A stretch of DNA of 62,031 nucleotides from contig JBDREN010000100.1 of assembly GCA_043819795.1 (NCBI GenBank), forward strand, positions 1 through 62,031. The letters run 5' to 3'. The position numbers and the translations under genes were made by a program. The notes under the pieces are model-generated. The model was not told where the DNA came from, did not search any database, and saw nothing but the letters and a program-made list of their open reading frames with translations. The stretch's first letter is position 1. The number at the start of each line of letters is the position of its first letter. Shown here piece by piece: positions 28,361 to 38,227 of the stretch. The DNA is from Elusimicrobiota bacterium. GTDB taxonomy: Bacteria; Elusimicrobiota; Elusimicrobia; UBA1565.

Positions 28361-28453
28361 GTCTCTATAGTATAGAACCAGCGGCCGCCCAGTTTCAACC
28401 GCCTTCTTGGGAATAACGTTAATATTATATAATCCCGCTCCATTACAACTCAT

Positions 28454-29800
28454 ATGGCTGTGATTAAAATCAAACGCGGCCAGGACCTGAGGATCGCGGG
28501 CCGCCCCCTGCCGGTCGTCGCGGAAACCCCCCGTCCCGCCCGCGTGGCGCTCCAGCCTTCCGATTTCCGCTACCTGCGCCCGCGCCTGAAGGTGCGGGAA
28601 GGCGCCGCGGTGCGCGTCGGAACGCCGCTGTTCGAGAGCAAGGACGACCCCCGCGTCGTGTTCGTCTCGCCGGCAAGCGGCCGGGTCGCGGCCGTCCGCT
28701 TGGGCGAGCGGCGACGCGTCCTGGAGGTCGTCGTCGAGCTAAGCGAGACGGAGGACTTCGAGCCGTCCCCCGCCATGAGCGCCGACGATGCCCGCGGACT
28801 GGAACGCGGAGAGGTCGTCGAGCGCCTGCTGGCGGGCGGCCTCTGGCCGCTCCTGCGCCAGCGCCCCTTTTCGCGGATCGCCGACCCCGACGGCGAGCCC
28901 AAGGCCGTCTTCATCGGCGCGATGTCGGCCGAGCCGTTCGCTCCCGATCCCGACGCGCTCCTGGAGGGCCGGGAGGACGAGTTCCAGCTCGGCCTCGACA
29001 TCCTGGGGAAGCTGACCGCCGGAGAGGTCCACCTGTGCGTCGCCGCCGAGGCGAAGTCCGCCGCGCTCACGAAAGCCCGAGGGGTCCGGATCCACCGCTT
29101 CGCCGGCCCCCACCCGGCCGGCAACGTCGCCGTCCAGATCTACCACGTGGACCCGCCGCGCGGGACCGACACGGTCCTTTATACGGGAGCCCAAGAGGTC
29201 CTCGCGATCGCCCGCTCCTTCACGACGGGGCGGTTTTCCACGGAACGCGTCGTCTCTTTCTGCGGACCCGGCGCCAAGGAGCCCCGGTACCTGCGCACGC
29301 GCGTCGGCGCCTCGATCGACAGCCTCGCGCGCGGCGGAGTCCAGGAAGGGGAGCTGCGCTTCGTTTCCGGAGGAGTGCTCACCGGCAGGCAGGTCGAGCC
29401 GAGCGGCTTTCTCGGGTTCTACGACACCACCCTCTTCGTCCTGCGGGAGGGCCGCCGGCGGGAACTGCTGAGCTTCATCCTTCCCGGATTCGACAAGTAC
29501 AGCCTCTCGCGCGCCCTCTTATCCTCTTGGCTGCCCCCCGGGGACCACTCCGTGGACACGAACCTCCAGGGCGGCGTACGCCACTTCCTGATGAACGGCG
29601 TCTACGAGGACGTCTGCCCCGTCGACATCATCCCCGACCAGCTGGCCAAGGCCGTGCTGGCCGACGACGTCGAGGAGGCCGAGAAGCACGGCATCCTCGA
29701 CTGCGCCGAGTGCGGACTCTGCACCTTCGTCTGCCCGTCGAAGATCGAGATAGGGAGCATCATCCGGCGGGGATTGGACGAGATCGTGAAGGAGGGTTGA
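28454..29800 (+). CDS. nqrA: Na+-translocating NADH:quinone oxidoreductase subunit A
   Basis: IKIKRGQDLRIAG, SPASG, GPHPAGNV and CTFVCPSK; first gene of the operon. Confidence 0.95.
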   Translation: MAVIKIKRGQDLRIAGRPLPVVAETPRPARVALQPSDFRYLRPRLKVREGAAVRVGTPLFESKDDPRVVFVSPASGRVAAVRLGERRRVLEVVVELSETEDFEPSPAMSADDARGLERGEVVERLLAGGLWPLLRQRPFSRIADPDGEPKAVFIGAMSAEPFAPDPDALLEGREDEFQLGLDILGKLTAGEVHLCVAAEAKSAALTKARGVRIHRFAGPHPAGNVAVQIYHVDPPRGTDTVLYTGAQEVLAIARSFTTGRFSTERVVSFCGPGAKEPRYLRTRVGASIDSLARGGVQEGELRFVSGGVLTGRQVEPSGFLGFYDTTLFVLREGRRRELLSFILPGFDKYSLSRALLSSWLPPGDHSVDTNLQGGVRHFLMNGVYEDVCPVDIIPDQLAKAVLADDVEEAEKHGILDCAECGLCTFVCPSKIEIGSIIRRGLDEIVKEG

Positions 29801-29805
29801 GAGCC

Positions 29806-31038
29806 TTGAAGCTCATCGAGCGGCTTTTCGACGGCGTCCGGCCGAAGTTCACCGAGGGCGGCCCGTTCCAGAGGCTCTTCCCGCTCTACGAGGCGACGGA
29901 GACTTTCCTGCTGTCTTCGGCCGACGTCACGCGGGAAGGTCCCCACGTGCGGGACGCGCTCGACATGAAGCGGCTGATGAGCATCGTGGTCCTGGCGCTG
30001 ATGCCCTGCTTCCTCTTCGGCGCCTACAACGCCGGCTTTCAGTCGCTGGCCGCGCGCGGCCTGCCCACGGACCTCGCCAGCTGCCTGCTGACGGGCCTGA
30101 AGGCCGTGCTCCCGATAGTGCTGACCTCCTACGCGGTCGGCGGCGCCTGGGAGGTGCTCTTCTCGATCGTCCGGCGCCACGAGGTCGAGGAGGGTTTCTT
30201 CGTGACGGGGCTGCTCTTCCCCTTGACGCTCCCCCCCACCACCCCGCTATGGATGGTGGCGGCGGGGATCTCCTTCGGCGTCGTCCTGGGCAAAGAGATC
30301 TTCGGCGGGACGGGAATGAACGTCCTGAACCCCGCGCTCACGGCGCGCGCGTTCGTGTTTTTCGCCTACCCCGCCGCCATATCGGGCGACAAGGTCTGGA
30401 CCCTCGTGGGCGCCTCCAATAACGGCCTGATCGACGGCTACAGCGGCGCGACCCCGCTTCTGGTCGCGGCCAACGCGAGCGCCCCCGACGTCGCCGGCGC
30501 GCTGGCCCAGGCCGGCTTCACGCTGAAAGAGGCGGTCCTGGGGCTCATCCCCGGCTCGATCGGCGAGACCTCGGCGCTCGCCTGCGTCATCGGGGCCGTG
30601 GTCCTCATCGCCACCGGGATAGGCAGCTGGCGCATCATGCTCTCAACCGTACTCGGAGCTCTCGGCATGGTCTGGGTCGTGGGCGCGGCCGCCGGTCCCC
30701 AGTCCTCGGGGATCCTGGCTTTACCGGCAGCCTGGCACCTGGCGCTGGGAGGCTTCCTCTTCGGGACCGTGTTCATGGCCACCGACCCCGCCACGTCGGC
30801 TAACACCCGCGCCGGACAATGGGTCTACGGCGCGCTCCTCGGCGCGCTCTGCATCCTGATAAGGACGCTCAACCCGGCCTATCCCGAGGGGATGATGCTG
30901 GCGATCCTTTTTATGAACGTATTCGCCCCTCTGATCGACTACGCGGTGATCCGGTCCCATTTCAGAAAACGGGCCGCCCATACCGGAGCGTACCCCTCGG
31001 GCGGGGCGCTGCCCGGCCCTGGGAGGACGCGTGCATAG
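29806..31038 (+). CDS. nqrB: Na+-NQR subunit B
   Basis: PHVRDALDMKRLM, KEIFGGTG, SGATPL (FMN site) and FMATDP. TTG start inferred. Confidence 0.95.
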   Translation: MKLIERLFDGVRPKFTEGGPFQRLFPLYEATETFLLSSADVTREGPHVRDALDMKRLMSIVVLALMPCFLFGAYNAGFQSLAARGLPTDLASCLLTGLKAVLPIVLTSYAVGGAWEVLFSIVRRHEVEEGFFVTGLLFPLTLPPTTPLWMVAAGISFGVVLGKEIFGGTGMNVLNPALTARAFVFFAYPAAISGDKVWTLVGASNNGLIDGYSGATPLLVAANASAPDVAGALAQAGFTLKEAVLGLIPGSIGETSALACVIGAVVLIATGIGSWRIMLSTVLGALGMVWVVGAAAGPQSSGILALPAAWHLALGGFLFGTVFMATDPATSANTRAGQWVYGALLGALCILIRTLNPAYPEGMMLAILFMNVFAPLIDYAVIRSHFRKRAAHTGAYPSGGALPGPGRTRA

Positions 31039-31825
31039 CACCTCCTACACCCTGGGCTTCGCCGCCGCCGTCTGCGTCGCCTGCAGCCTCGTCGTCTCGA
31101 GCGCGGCCACGCTCCTGAGAGACCGCCAGGACCGCAACATCGAGGTCGATATCCAGAAGAACATCCTGCGCTCGGTGGGATTCCTGCACGACCCGAGCGG
31201 CAAGCCGGGCCCCGACGAGATCCGCGAGCTTTACCTCTCGCGCATCGAGGCGTTGGCGATCGACCGTTCGGGCTCGGCCGTGAAAGGGAAGGACCCCGCG
31301 GACCTCGACCCCTCGAGCTACCTCGATCCCAAGAAGGATCCCGAGATCATCCCCCTCTATGTCCGCAAGGACGAGGGACGCGTGGCCGCCTACGCGTTCC
31401 CCGTGGCGGGCCCGGGCCTCTGGTCGACGGTCTACGGCTACCTGGCGCTGGAGCCCGACGGGGACACCGTGAAAGGAGTCACATTCTACAAGCACGGCGA
31501 GACGCCCGGCCTCGGAGCAGAGATCGAGCAGGCGTGGTTCCGGGAGAATTTCGTCGGGAAGAAGGTCTTGGGAGCCGAGGGAGAGCTGCGATCCGTGTCC
31601 GTTGTCAAAGGCAAAGTGAAGGACGCCGTCGACGCGGACGCGGCCCCGCATTACGTCGACGGCATCAGCGGCGCGACGCTCACCGGCAAGGGCGTGACCG
31701 AGCTCCTGCGCGCCGGTCTGGAGCGCTACGAGCCCTTCCTGCGCAAGGTCCGAGAGCGGAATCGGAAGCCTTCGACGCCTGGGCCCCGCGAGCAAGGGCG
31801 AGCGGGGCGGGAGGCCCGGCCATGA
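31031..31825 (+). CDS. nqrC: Na+-NQR subunit C
   Basis: [17 protein letters not shown] and DGISGATLT (FMN site). Confidence 0.95.
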   Translation: MHSTSYTLGFAAAVCVACSLVVSSAATLLRDRQDRNIEVDIQKNILRSVGFLHDPSGKPGPDEIRELYLSRIEALAIDRSGSAVKGKDPADLDPSSYLDPKKDPEIIPLYVRKDEGRVAAYAFPVAGPGLWSTVYGYLALEPDGDTVKGVTFYKHGETPGLGAEIEQAWFRENFVGKKVLGAEGELRSVSVVKGKVKDAVDADAAPHYVDGISGATLTGKGVTELLRAGLERYEPFLRKVRERNRKPSTPGPREQGRAGREARP

Positions 31826-32496
31826 GCCCCGCCGCGCCCCAGGCGCCGGCGCGCAAGCGGGAGCCCTTCTTCGCGATCTCCCGCAAGGAGCGGAGGATCC
31901 TCAAGGACCCCCTGTGGGACAACAACCCGATCACGTTCCAGGTGCTCGGGATCTGCTCGGCGCTCGCGGTCACGGTCCAGATGAAGACCGCGCTTGTCAT
32001 GTGCCTGGCCCTGACCTGCGTCTTGACCTTTTCCAACACGATCATCTCCTGTATCCGCGACTACATCCCCTCGAAGATCCGCATCATCGTACAGCTCTCC
32101 GTGATCGCGTCCCTCGTCATCGTGGTCGACCAGCTGCTGAAGGCGTTCCTCTACGACATCAGCAAGCAGTTGAGCGTGTTCGTCGGCCTCATCATCACGA
32201 ACTGCATCGTCATGGGGAGAGCCGAGGGATTCGCGATGGCGAACCCTCCCCGCGAATCCTTTTTCGACGGCCTCGCCAACGGGCTCGGCTACAGCGCGAT
32301 CCTGATGGCCGTCTCCACGGCCCGGGAGCTCCTGGGCAGCGGGTCGCTCTTCGGGGTGGCCGTCCTCCCCGAAGCGCTCTACAAACTCGGCTACGTAAAC
32401 AACGGCCTCATGGTCCTGGCTCCCGGAGCGTTCATCGTCATCGGGCTGCTCACGTGGCTGCAGCGGACCTTGATGGGCGTGACGAAAGATGATTGA
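31822..32496 (+). CDS. nqrD: Na+-NQR subunit D
   Basis: [18 protein letters not shown] and [14 protein letters not shown]. Confidence 0.95.
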   Translation: MSPAAPQAPARKREPFFAISRKERRILKDPLWDNNPITFQVLGICSALAVTVQMKTALVMCLALTCVLTFSNTIISCIRDYIPSKIRIIVQLSVIASLVIVVDQLLKAFLYDISKQLSVFVGLIITNCIVMGRAEGFAMANPPRESFFDGLANGLGYSAILMAVSTARELLGSGSLFGVAVLPEALYKLGYVNNGLMVLAPGAFIVIGLLTWLQRTLMGVTKDD

Positions 32497-33100
32497 GCAC
32501 TATCTATCCCTGGCCGTCCGCACGATCTTCGTCGAGAACATACTGTTGGCCTATTTCCTGGGGATGTGCTCCTTCTTGGCCTGCTCGAAAAAGGTGGAGA
32601 CGGCCGTGGGACTCGGGATAGCCGTCACCTTCGTGCTGACGCTCACCGCGCCGCTCAACTGGCTCATCCACCATTACCTGCTGAGAGAAGGGGCGCTCGC
32701 GTGGGCGGGCCTTCCGGATGTGGACCTGAGCTTCCTCGGGTTCGTGACCTTCATCGCCATCATCGCCGCCGCCGTCCAGTTCGTCGAGATGGTCGTCGAC
32801 CGCGTCAGCCAGAAGCTTTACGCGGCGCTCGGCATCTTCCTGCCCCTGATCGCCGTCAACTGCGCGATCCTGGGAGCCTCCTTGTTCATGGTGGAGCGCA
32901 AGTACACGCTCCCGGAGAGCATCGTCTACGGCTTCAGCTCCGGGATCGGCTGGGCGCTGGCGATCGTCGCGATATCGGCCATCCGCTACAAGGTCAGGTA
33001 TTCGGACATTCCGCCGGGGCTGCGCGGCCTCGGCATGACGTTCGTGCTGACCGGCCTGATGGCGATGGCGTTCATGTGCTTCTCGGGGATCAGCTTCTGA
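32489..33100 (+). CDS. nqrE: Na+-NQR subunit E
   Basis: [13 protein letters not shown] and [12 protein letters not shown]. Confidence 0.95.
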   Translation: MIEHYLSLAVRTIFVENILLAYFLGMCSFLACSKKVETAVGLGIAVTFVLTLTAPLNWLIHHYLLREGALAWAGLPDVDLSFLGFVTFIAIIAAAVQFVEMVVDRVSQKLYAALGIFLPLIAVNCAILGASLFMVERKYTLPESIVYGFSSGIGWALAIVAISAIRYKVRYSDIPPGLRGLGMTFVLTGLMAMAFMCFSGISF

Positions 33101-33109
33101 GCTAGAGAA

Positions 33110-34342
33110 ATGAGCGCCGTCGGATTCATCCTCCTGAGCGTCCTCGTCTTCACCGGAGTCATCCTCCTGATGGTCGTCTTCGTCTCCCTGGCGGAGAAAC
33201 AGCTCGTCAATACCGGGGCGGTGCGCATCGTCGTCAACGAGGACGAGGAGAAGGCATTGAGCGTCCCCGCCGGATCGACCCTGCTCTCCACGTTGTCGGC
33301 CGAGAAGATCTTCCTTCCCTCGGCGTGCGGCGGCGGGGGCACCTGCGCGCAGTGCAAGTGCCAGGTACTGGAAGGAGGCGGCGACATCCTCCCCACCGAG
33401 ACCGGGCACCTCTCCCGCGCCGAGCAGAAGAGCCGCTGGCGCCTGGGCTGCCAGGTGAAGGTCCGGCGCGACATGAGCATTCGCGTCCCCGATGAGATCT
33501 TCAGCATCCAGAAGTTCGAGACCACCGTCCGATCCAACAGCAACGTCGCGACCTTCATCAAGGAGCTCGTCCTCGACATCGACGGGGGCAAGACGATCGA
33601 CTTCCGGTCCGGCGGATACGTCCAGCTTGACATCCCCGCCTACGAGAGCCTGAACTTCTCCGGATTCGACGTCGAAAAGCCGTACCGGGGCGATTGGGAC
33701 AAGTACAATCTCTGGGACCTCGCGGCCTCCAACGAGGAGCCGATCTTTCGCGCCTACTCCATGGCCAACCACCCGGCCGAGGGGAACAGGGTCATGCTCA
33801 ACGTCCGCATCGCGACCCCGCCTCCCCGGACACGAGGGATAGCGCCGGGCAAGGCATCCTCCTACATCTTCGGCCTCAAGCCCGGCGACAAGGTGACCGT
33901 CTCCGGACCCTACGGGGAGTTCTTCATCAAGGACACCGGCCGCGAGATGGTCTATATCGGCGGCGGGGCGGGCATGGCCCCCATGCGCTCGCACGTCTTC
34001 CATCTCTTCCATACCCTCAAGACCAAGCGCAAGGTCAGCTTCTGGTACGGGGCGCGCTCCCTGCGCGAGATGTTCTACGAGGATGAGTTCCGCGAGATCG
34101 CGGCCAAGTTCCCGAACTTCTCGTTCCAGATCGCGCTCTCGGAGCCTCTGCCCGAGGACGATTGGCACGGGCCCACCGGCTTCATCCACCAAGTCGTCCT
34201 CGACCGGCACCTGAGCGCCCACCCGGACCCGACGGAGGTGGAGTACTACCTCTGCGGACCGCCTTTGATGATCCAGGCGGTCAAAAAGATGCTCTATGAC
34301 CTGGGAGTCGAGAGCGACATGATCGCCCTCGACGAGTTCTAG
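33110..34342 (+). CDS. nqrF: Na+-NQR subunit F
   Basis: 2Fe-2S motif ACGGGGTCAQC, RAYSMAN, GGGAGMAP and YYLCGPP. Confidence 0.97.
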   Translation: MSAVGFILLSVLVFTGVILLMVVFVSLAEKQLVNTGAVRIVVNEDEEKALSVPAGSTLLSTLSAEKIFLPSACGGGGTCAQCKCQVLEGGGDILPTETGHLSRAEQKSRWRLGCQVKVRRDMSIRVPDEIFSIQKFETTVRSNSNVATFIKELVLDIDGGKTIDFRSGGYVQLDIPAYESLNFSGFDVEKPYRGDWDKYNLWDLAASNEEPIFRAYSMANHPAEGNRVMLNVRIATPPPRTRGIAPGKASSYIFGLKPGDKVTVSGPYGEFFIKDTGREMVYIGGGAGMAPMRSHVFHLFHTLKTKRKVSFWYGARSLREMFYEDEFREIAAKFPNFSFQIALSEPLPEDDWHGPTGFIHQVVLDRHLSAHPDPTEVEYYLCGPPLMIQAVKKMLYDLGVESDMIALDEF

Positions 34343-34352
34343 CCGCGACCGC

Positions 34353-35399
34353 ATGAGGAGAGCGTCCGGAAGCCTGCTCCTGGCCCTTCTCATTCCCATC
34401 GCCTGCGCCCCGCCCCCGGCCAAGCCGGTCGACCTCAGGGGCCGGACCATGGGCACGACGTACCGGGTGACGATCGCGGGCAGCGGACTCTCGGCCCAGG
34501 ATACGGCCAAGCTCCACGCCGAGATCGACGCCAGGCTCGCCCGCGTCAACAAGCTCATGTCCACCTACGACCCGGGCAGCGAGCTTTCCCGCTTCAACCG
34601 CCACCCGGGCGCGGAGCCCTTCCCGGTCTCCCCCGAGACCGCCGCGGTCTTGCGCGCGGCCCTGCGCTTCTCCGACGAGTCCGGAGGAGCGTTCGACGCG
34701 ACCATCGGCCCCCTGGTCGATCTCTGGGGATTCGGCTCGGACGAACGCGAGCGGCGATTGCCCTCCGAGGCCGAGATCCGCGCCGCGCTCGAAGTCGTGG
34801 GCTTCCGGCACCTGCACGTCGAGACGGACCCCCCCACGTTGCGCAAGAGCATCCCGGGGCTGCGCGTGGACCTTAACGCGATCGCGAAAGGCTACGGCGT
34901 GGACGCGGTGGCCGCGCTCTTGGCCGAGAGGGGCTTCGCGGACTTCCTGGTCGAGATCGGCGGCGAGGTCCTGGCCCGCGGAGCGAAGGCCCCCGACGCC
35001 CCCTGGCGCATCGGCATCGACCGACCCGTGGCCGGCGCCGCGCCCGGGCGGACGCTGAGCGCCATCGTCGCCCTCGACGGTTCCGCCCTCGCCACCTCGG
35101 GGGACTACCGCAACTTCTTCGTCCAGGACGGCAAACGCTACTCCCATATCTTTGATCCCGGAACGGGCCGCCCCGTGACCCACCGGCTCGCCAGCGCCTC
35201 AGTCATCGCCCCCACCTGCATGGAGGCCGACGCGGCCGCCACGGCCGTCATGGTGCTCGGGCCCCGGCGCGGCAAGGCCTTCATCGAAAGCCATCCCGGG
35301 TGGGAAGCGCTCCTGATCGTCGGAAAGCCCGATGGGAGCTTCTCGGAGCTCGCGACGGAAGGCTTCGAAGCGGCGATTCAAGGGCCCCTGGACCGGTGA
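34353..35399 (+). CDS. apbE: FAD:protein FMN transferase lipoprotein
   Basis: Lipobox PIAC, TMGT, AIAKGY, ATSGDY and SHIFDP. Confidence 0.93.
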   Translation: MRRASGSLLLALLIPIACAPPPAKPVDLRGRTMGTTYRVTIAGSGLSAQDTAKLHAEIDARLARVNKLMSTYDPGSELSRFNRHPGAEPFPVSPETAAVLRAALRFSDESGGAFDATIGPLVDLWGFGSDERERRLPSEAEIRAALEVVGFRHLHVETDPPTLRKSIPGLRVDLNAIAKGYGVDAVAALLAERGFADFLVEIGGEVLARGAKAPDAPWRIGIDRPVAGAAPGRTLSAIVALDGSALATSGDYRNFFVQDGKRYSHIFDPGTGRPVTHRLASASVIAPTCMEADAAATAVMVLGPRRGKAFIESHPGWEALLIVGKPDGSFSELATEGFEAAIQGPLDR

Positions 35400-36328
35400 G
35401 CCTCTTCCTCTGGGACAACTGGGTCTCTCCGTTCGCCAAAGACGGCCTCCTCCACCGATTCTCCCTCGCCGCGCCCAAGACTGTCGAGCCCGAAAAGAGG
35501 CATGCCCTGGCGGCCATCCATCATTGGACCTCCTCCGACGCCGGGACATGGAGCGGCCGCGGGCCGGCCATCGCGGCGGGGCCGACGGGAAGCTTCGACG
35601 ATGGCACCGTCTGGAGCGGCTCGGCCGTCGACGACGGCGGCCGTCTGGCCCTGTTCTACACCGGCCTGCGCGCCGGCCCCGGAAAGCGCCAAAGCATCGG
35701 CGTCGCCTTCTCCGAGGACGGAAGAGCGTTCCGAAAGCACGGCTCCCCCGTCCTCGAACCCGCGGCCGGCCCCGGCTACGACCCCGCCGGCGACGCCGAC
35801 GTGCCGATGGCGTGGCGAGATCCCCATGTATTCCGCGATCCGGGGACGGGCCGCTGGCACATGCTCTTCAGCGCCAGGCGGGAAGGGGCCGAGCCCAAAG
35901 GCTGCGTCGGGCACGCGGCCTCGGCCGACGCGTCGCTCAACCGCTGGCGGCTCCTCCCCCCGCTCGCCCTGCCTCGAGCCTACCTCCAGATGGAGATGCC
36001 CTCCATCCTGTTTCGCGACGGAGAGGCGTACTGCTTCTGCTCCACGACCGACGCCCCGGACGCGGACCGCCCGGACGCCAATGCGAGCGTCCGTGTCTAC
36101 AAAGCCCCCGGTCTCGAAGGCCCCTGGTCGCCCGCGGGCCCCGGCGGCGGCGACCTGCTCCTCGGTCCGGAGTCCGGGATCTACGCGGCGAGCGTGTTCC
36201 GTCTGCCCGGCCGGAAGGCCGAGGCGCGCGCGGTCGGGTTTTATACCGCGGCCCACGCGCGGCCGTACACGTGGACGCCTCTGTTGCCGGTCCGCTGGAG
36301 CGGGCGGACCACGGTGTTAGTCATCTAA
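35396..36328 (+). CDS. Glycoside hydrolase clan GH-J (GH32/GH68-like) beta-propeller
   Basis: WDNW, WSGS, WRDP and EMP catalytic motifs. The GTG start overlaps the apbE stop. Confidence 0.8.
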   Translation: MSLFLWDNWVSPFAKDGLLHRFSLAAPKTVEPEKRHALAAIHHWTSSDAGTWSGRGPAIAAGPTGSFDDGTVWSGSAVDDGGRLALFYTGLRAGPGKRQSIGVAFSEDGRAFRKHGSPVLEPAAGPGYDPAGDADVPMAWRDPHVFRDPGTGRWHMLFSARREGAEPKGCVGHAASADASLNRWRLLPPLALPRAYLQMEMPSILFRDGEAYCFCSTTDAPDADRPDANASVRVYKAPGLEGPWSPAGPGGGDLLLGPESGIYAASVFRLPGRKAEARAVGFYTAAHARPYTWTPLLPVRWSGRTTVLVI

Positions 36329-36478
36329 GAAAGCCGGCGGCGCATTGGACCCGACGGCCCATGCCATCCTGGGCTCGTCACCGGCCGCCGCCGCGCCGTC
36401 CTACGCCCCCCTGGGCCCTTTACCCCATGCGTGCGCCCGGGTTTTCAGGCAAGCTGTCCTCAAAGAGCTGGAGAAACC

Positions 36479-37264
36479 ATGGGAAGGCCCCCGTCGCTCT
36501 TGCTCGTCGCCGTGCTGATTGTTGGGCCGGCAGGATGCGGCCGGGCCCCGGACGTGTCCCGCGGCCGCATCGGGGAAGACTCCGGACCCGACGGGAGGCG
36601 GCCCACCGCGATGGTCGATTTCAAATTCGACAAGGCCGGGTCCTTCCGGCCCTTCCCCGGGACATCGATGGTCAGCATGCTGCGCCCCGAGATGTCCCAG
36701 TACGGGCTGATCGCCGAGCTCCAGCGCGGGCTCAAGGCCCTGCCGAGCGCGCGGTCCTTCGCCTTCCTTCCCCCCTCGAGCTTCCATATGACGGTAAAAG
36801 ACCTGCTCTGCGACCAGGTGCGGGAAAGCGAGCACTGGACCTCGAAAATCCCTCGCGACGCCTCCCTGGCCGCGGCGGACGCGCGCCTCGCCGAGCTCAC
36901 GCGGGGGATCGCGTTCGGAGGCGCCTTGCGCATGCGCTTCGCGGGGATCCATCCCCTCGGGCTCAGCATCAAGCTGGAGCCCGCCGACGCAGAGACCCGG
37001 GAGGCCCTGCGCGACTACCGGGAGAGGATCTCCGACGCCACGGGCATCCGCCATCCCAACCACGACGCCTACGAGTTCCATATCTCCCTGGCCTATCTGC
37101 TCTATGAGCTGAACGACGCGGAGAAGGACGCCCTGGGACGCTTCCTGGCGGAGGCAGGCAAGGACTTGGAGAGGAGGTTCGGCGTACTGGAGCTCCCCCC
37201 GCCCGAGCTCGCGTTCTTCCCGGACATGTCCCGCTTCCCGAAACGCAGGCCCCCGGCGCCGTAA
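36479..37264 (+). CDS. DUF1868 / 2H phosphoesterase family protein, possible lipoprotein
   Basis: KFDKAGSFRPFPG, PPSSFHMT and YEFHISLAY (two HxT/S motifs), with a hydrophobic N-terminus ending AGC. Confidence 0.82.
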   Translation: MGRPPSLLLVAVLIVGPAGCGRAPDVSRGRIGEDSGPDGRRPTAMVDFKFDKAGSFRPFPGTSMVSMLRPEMSQYGLIAELQRGLKALPSARSFAFLPPSSFHMTVKDLLCDQVRESEHWTSKIPRDASLAAADARLAELTRGIAFGGALRMRFAGIHPLGLSIKLEPADAETREALRDYRERISDATGIRHPNHDAYEFHISLAYLLYELNDAEKDALGRFLAEAGKDLERRFGVLELPPPELAFFPDMSRFPKRRPPAP

Positions 37265-37357
37265 CATCGGTGTTACCCAAGGTAACCTCTTTGTGACTTG
37301 ACCCGCGACCGGTCCGCGGCCATCCTATCCGGGTACTCGCCGGCATGGAGGGACATC

Positions 37358-37915
37358 GTGGGAAAAGCGATCGGGAGGAGCGCCGTCGCGTTGCTGATGA
37401 CAGGCTGGGCGTGGCGGTTCGCGCCTGCATGGGCCGAGGACGTGTCCCCGCCCTGGACGCTCTATCGCATGGAAACGGACATCGCGGACCGGATCCAGAG
37501 CAAGATCATGGACCGCATCCTCGGGCTCGGCCAGAGCTCCGTATTCGTGGCCATGGGGATCAAGACGGAGACCTCGCGCCGGACCGACGAGAGAGGCGGC
37601 ACCGGGACGAACGCCACATCCAAGGGCACCTCCAACTCCGGCAAGTCTTGGACGAAGCCGCAGGACTGGCGGCCTGACGGCGGGGGGACGGCTCGATCTC
37701 AGGCGCAGACCGCGGAGCAATCCAAGCAGATATCCCGCTCCAGTTCCACCCTCAGCGTCGCCCCGCTCGACATGTCGGTGCGCGTGCTCTACAACGCCGA
37801 ACTCCCCGAGCGCGGGGTCAAGGCCGCCCGCCGGGCCTTGATCGAGGTCTATGCGGGCCGGCTCAAGGAGAGCGACGTCAGCTTCGTGCGGGCGCCGTTC
37901 CAGCCGGCGCGCTAG
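37358..37915 (+). CDS. Hypothetical exported protein
   Basis: GGAGG RBS before GTG 37358, a signal peptide ending AWA, and GC-rich third codon positions. Confidence 0.65.
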   Translation: MGKAIGRSAVALLMTGWAWRFAPAWAEDVSPPWTLYRMETDIADRIQSKIMDRILGLGQSSVFVAMGIKTETSRRTDERGGTGTNATSKGTSNSGKSWTKPQDWRPDGGGTARSQAQTAEQSKQISRSSSTLSVAPLDMSVRVLYNAELPERGVKAARRALIEVYAGRLKESDVSFVRAPFQPAR

Positions 37916-37938
37916 CGGCCGGCAAGGCAAGAGAGGCT

Positions 37939-38157
37939 TCAGGCTCCGCCGTCTTGGGGAGGCGGCTCCGGCTTGGCCCGCCCCTCATGGGACTTGTCGG
38001 CGCAGGCCGGACAGCGCGTCTCGTCATCCGGATCCTTGGGCTCGGCGCCCCCGCCGCAGGAGCCGAGCAGGCACCGCAGTTTTCGCGAAAACAGCACCCC
38101 CACGCCCAAGCCCACGAAGCAAAGGGCCATCACGACCACCGCGAGCAGCACTTCCAT
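37939..38157 (-). CDS. nqrM: NqrM (DUF539)-like Na+-NQR maturation protein
   Basis: Single N-terminal TM helix, then GSCGG and CPAC; lies near the nqr operon; TATAAT 6 nt before the ATG. Confidence 0.72.
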   Translation of the reverse strand: MEVLLAVVVMALCFVGLGVGVLFSRKLRCLLGSCGGGAEPKDPDDETRCPACADKSHEGRAKPEPPPQDGGA

Positions 38158-38227
38158 CGCCCCATTATACCCCCCTCCTCCGACGGAGCGCAAGGCCGGA
38201 AAATATTGCTACAATATGGATAATCAC

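Noticed and set aside
28409..28436. AT-rich imperfect palindrome before nqrA as a Fur box
   Set aside because: Only about half the consensus matches; the TATAAT promoter region (28428-28433) explains it.
4732..36426. Loose GG(G/A)(A/C)C-N4-G(G/T)CCC palindromes upstream of several genes (about 4732, 12975, 14542, 36347, 36413)
   Set aside because: Too degenerate in a GC-rich genome to support without a genome-wide enrichment test.
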